Assembly (NCBI GenBank): GCA_963789445.1
Contig: CAWBKS010000001.1
Span: 1,947,846 to 2,011,845 of the forward strand
Length of the DNA stretch: 64,000 nucleotides
DNA from: an uncultured Actinomycetes bacterium
Lineage (GTDB): Bacteria; Actinomycetota; JAICYB01
Direction of reading: 5' to 3'
A program made the position numbers and the translations under genes. Under the pieces are notes generated by a model. That model made no database searches. It saw nothing but the letters and a program-made list of their open reading frames with translations, and was not told the DNA's origin. This document shows, one piece after another, positions 61,036 through 64,000 of the stretch; positions within the stretch are counted from its first letter, which is position 1; each line of letters begins with the position of its first letter.

Positions 61036-61051
61036 TTTAGCCGAGCCTAAC
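61036..61051. promoter_or_regulatory. DtxR/MntR-type operator
   Basis: TTTAGCCGAGCCTAAC abutting the start codon (TTAGG...CTAA family). Confidence 0.55.
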
Positions 61052-61058
61052 TCATTTA

Positions 61059-61667
61059 TTAGTTCGAACGCACCGCTTCAAGGAGGTCTTCGGGCGACAT
61101 CTGACCGGCGATCCCGGGCCGTCCGGCGAGGTAGTCGGCTACTTGGTACGCGGACATGTGATGCGTCTCACGCAACCCTTCAGCTACGTAGCGCAAGTAC
61201 GAGGGAGAGGGTTTTCGATGTTCCGCCACCTCGTCTGTAACCGACATCACGAAGTGGCCCTTGTGTTCGGCCAAACAAACGACGGATGGGTAGAAGCCTT
61301 TCCCCAAGTCGTGCATTTCGCCTATGGACAACTGCGGCAGGGCCACATCACCAACCTGGAAGTGATTCTCCTGTGCGGCGATGTCCTCGAATTGTTGGTG
61401 CGTAACGAGGTAGAGACGACTTAACACCGTCCCCTCTGCAGTCGTGTCCAGAAAGGCCACACCATGTCCCGTCCAATTAACGGACTCCTTTCCGAAGACA
61501 AGTGCACCCTTGAGTTCCCAAGGCTCCACCGATTCGGGATCGGAACGGTCCCGGCAGCCCGAGTAGTCGTGCAGCGCACCTTCAGGCTTTCCGCCTTTGA
61601 TGTAGAAATCGAATCTTTGGCGACTGAGATTTGATCCGTAGGCGGCGTACCAAACCAGGTCGGTCAC
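61059..61667 (-). CDS. Gamma-glutamylcyclotransferase-like protein
   Basis: VWYAAYGSNL, GVAFLD, AAQE, PSPSYL. Confidence 0.6.
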   Translation of the reverse strand: MTDLVWYAAYGSNLSRQRFDFYIKGGKPEGALHDYSGCRDRSDPESVEPWELKGALVFGKESVNWTGHGVAFLDTTAEGTVLSRLYLVTHQQFEDIAAQENHFQVGDVALPQLSIGEMHDLGKGFYPSVVCLAEHKGHFVMSVTDEVAEHRKPSPSYLRYVAEGLRETHHMSAYQVADYLAGRPGIAGQMSPEDLLEAVRSN

Positions 61668-62635
61668 GAGTGGAGGATCGCGAGGTAATCGCCGTCGTTG
61701 ACGACGTAGTCCTTGCCTTCGACTCGAACGCGTCCCTTTTCTCGTGCCGCCTCGTATGAGCCGGCCTCGACCAAGTCGTCGAAGGAGAGTCGTTCGGCGC
61801 GGATGAATCCCTTCTCCAGGTCGGTATGGATGGCGCCGGCCGCTTGCGGCGCCCTCGCGCCGTCCGGGATGGCCCAGGCTCGCGCTTCCTCCGCATTGCC
61901 GGTGAGGAACGTTATGAGATTCATGGCGTCGTAAGCGGCGCGCACGAACCGTTCGTTCGCCGGTGCGGTTATCCCGTATTCGCGCAGGAGCTCTTCGGCA
62001 TCGGCGTCGGGAAGATCGCGCGCCTCGGCCTCCACCGCGCCGAGCAACGAGACGGCGGGACCGGAAACCAGCGACTCGCTCAACAACTCGTGGTCGCCGT
62101 TCAGCACGAACATGAACGGCTTCAGCGTCAGGGGAGTCCAGAGCGCCGCAGCCTGGCGTTGTTCGGTTGTCCACTCCACCTCGGACAGCCAATGCCCGTC
62201 TGACAGCGCCGCCTCGGCTCTCTCGGCCACCTCGAGCTCGAGCGGTGATCCGGCCTTCGCCTTCTTCCCCGCCCGGTCGAGAACCTTCTCCATGGTCGCC
62301 AAGTCGGCCACGGCCAGCTCTGCGCGGAACGATGCGACATCGCGCGAGATGTCGACGTCATCTCCGAAGGCTCGTAGCACGATGGCCAGAGCGTCGGCCG
62401 CCCGGGCGGTGCCGAGCGAGTGAGGATCGAGACCGGCGACGTCCACGATCTCCAGTTGCTCGTACGTCGTCTTCTTCGATCGGTAGATCTCGGCGAGCTT
62501 GTCCACGCGAGCGTCGGGCACGGACACGACGGCGCCCGGCGCATTCGATCCGCGCTGAGGAACATGTCCGGAGACGGCGGTGAACACCGTCGACTTTCCG
62601 GACACCGGCAAACCCACGAGGGCAACGTCGCGCAT
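61664..62635 (-). CDS. ychF: YchF-like ATPase, shortened and divergent
   Basis: GLPVSGKST, VPDAR, DVAGL, LTLKP, APQAAGAIHTDLEKGFIRAE, EGKDYVV. Confidence 0.75.
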   Translation of the reverse strand: MRDVALVGLPVSGKSTVFTAVSGHVPQRGSNAPGAVVSVPDARVDKLAEIYRSKKTTYEQLEIVDVAGLDPHSLGTARAADALAIVLRAFGDDVDISRDVASFRAELAVADLATMEKVLDRAGKKAKAGSPLELEVAERAEAALSDGHWLSEVEWTTEQRQAAALWTPLTLKPFMFVLNGDHELLSESLVSGPAVSLLGAVEAEARDLPDADAEELLREYGITAPANERFVRAAYDAMNLITFLTGNAEEARAWAIPDGARAPQAAGAIHTDLEKGFIRAERLSFDDLVEAGSYEAAREKGRVRVEGKDYVVNDGDYLAILHS

Positions 62636-62652
62636 CCTGCGACTATACGGAC

Positions 62653-63567
62653 GTGAAGAACACCCGAACGCGCCCGTACACACCGGTAGGCCTGCTCGCT
62701 ATGACCGGCGGTGTGACCGTCTGGGGCATGGGCATCATCGTGATCAAGCTAACGGTGTCGCCGTTCCTGATCGTTTCGGTCTACCGGCACGCCTTCTCGA
62801 TCCCAATCCTCTTCGTGGCCTGGTTGTTCGCGTCGGACCGGCGCCTGCCGTGGCGTGTCGCGAGCTTCGGCGGAGTGCTCTTCGCGCTGCATCAGCTCGC
62901 GCACCTGAGCTCCCTGCGATATTCGACGGCGGCCGTCGTCACGATCCTCTTCTCGCTGCAGCCAATCCTGGTCGGCGCCTTCGGCCGGCGAGTCACCGGC
63001 GATGTCGCGTCCAGACGCTTTTTCCTTTGGTCCGTCGTCGCGATCTCCGGTTGTGTCGTCCTCATCTTGGCGTCGTCCGGGCAAGCAGAAGCGACGCCGG
63101 TCGGCACGTTGCTCGCGACTCTGAACCTCATCGCGTGGTCCGCGTACTACCTCGCAACCAAGCGCGCGCGGGAGCAGGTGACCACAATTTCCTGGCTGTT
63201 GGTCATGACGATCGTGTCCGGCTTGATCGTCACGGCGATCGCTCTGATCGCGAGGCAGCCGTTCTTCGATGCCGACTCGGAGGAGTGGATAAAGCTGGTC
63301 GCCATCGCGCTCGGTCCGGCGACGATGGGTCACTTCCTCGTGACTTGGGCTCAGCCGCGCATCCACGTGGCGGCGTCGTCCAGCCTCAACCTCCTCGTGC
63401 CTATCGTGGCTTCGCTCGGAGCGGCGCTATTTCTCGACGAGAAGTTCGGCCCCCTGCACGCACTCGGTGCAGCGATAGCCCTCACCGGAACGGCCGTCGC
63501 CATGCGGCAGCTGCCGGCGCCCGTTGCCGAGGAGGCCACCGAACGTTTCGGCGAGGTGGCGACCTAA
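62653..63567 (+). CDS. DMT/EamA family transporter
   Basis: 10 TM in two EamA repeats. Confidence 0.8.
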   Translation: MKNTRTRPYTPVGLLAMTGGVTVWGMGIIVIKLTVSPFLIVSVYRHAFSIPILFVAWLFASDRRLPWRVASFGGVLFALHQLAHLSSLRYSTAAVVTILFSLQPILVGAFGRRVTGDVASRRFFLWSVVAISGCVVLILASSGQAEATPVGTLLATLNLIAWSAYYLATKRAREQVTTISWLLVMTIVSGLIVTAIALIARQPFFDADSEEWIKLVAIALGPATMGHFLVTWAQPRIHVAASSSLNLLVPIVASLGAALFLDEKFGPLHALGAAIALTGTAVAMRQLPAPVAEEATERFGEVAT

Positions 63568-63612
63568 CGTCTAAGGCGGTTCGTATCGGCCGATGGTAGG
63601 TAAGAGGAAGAC

Positions 63613-64000
63613 ATGAGCCTTCTGGACACCAACGACCACGAGCAGATCGTCTTCTGCCAGGACCGGAGGACGGGTCTGCGCTCGATCATCGCGATCCACT
63701 CGACAACGCTCGGCCCGTCATTGGGCGGGACACGCTTCTATCCCTTTGCCACTGAGGATGACGCGTTGGCCGACGTCCTCAGGCTGTCGCGCGCGATGAC
63801 CTACAAGTCGGCAGCCGCCGGACTCAACCTCGGTGGTGGCAAGGCCGTGGTCATCGGGGACCCGAAGACGGACAAGACCGAGGCCCTGCTGCGCTCCTAC
63901 GCGAAGTACGTCGATTCACTGGGTGGCCGCTACATAACGACCGAGGATGTTGGGACGGCCGTCGCCGACATGAACGTGATCCGCACGGTTACGAAGCACG
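63613..64000 (+). CDS. Glu/Leu/Phe/Val dehydrogenase (3'-truncated by window edge)
   Basis: [47 protein letters not shown]. Confidence 0.9.
   Translation, partial: MSLLDTNDHEQIVFCQDRRTGLRSIIAIHSTTLGPSLGGTRFYPFATEDDALADVLRLSRAMTYKSAAAGLNLGGGKAVVIGDPKTDKTEALLRSYAKYVDSLGGRYITTEDVGTAVADMNVIRTVTKH

Overview
High-GC actinobacterial chromosome segment (mycothiol synthase, F420-dependent LLM enzyme and leaderless-type promoters fit Actinomycetota). I found no rRNA, tRNA, CRISPR array, prophage or transposase. Contents: (i) a dispersed steroid/cholesterol side-chain catabolism neighbourhood at about 13-37 kb (FadA5-, Ltp2-, Ltp3/Ltp4-, ChsE-like, DUF35 proteins, P450, EchA19-like); (ii) a K+/Na+ homeostasis module (short KdpD plus KdpE divergent from a small membrane ORF, a KimA-like permease with a duplicated C-terminal domain, and nhaA behind a probable Na+ riboswitch); (iii) zur-znuACB; (iv) a single ORF fusing a site-2 metalloprotease, CBS pair, PDZ and Lon-type protease domain; (v) ArsR/SRPBCC/ClpP; (vi) a metal/cobalamin cluster (NiCoT, Nur-like Fur, a B12 riboswitch ahead of two surface proteins resembling the two halves of transcobalamin, DtxR-multicopper oxidase-ZIP); (vii) housekeeping genes. 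Many genes carry single-base frameshifts in patches, most likely long-read indel errors, so coordinates of those genes span several ORF fragments. All product calls come from motif recognition, not database searches.
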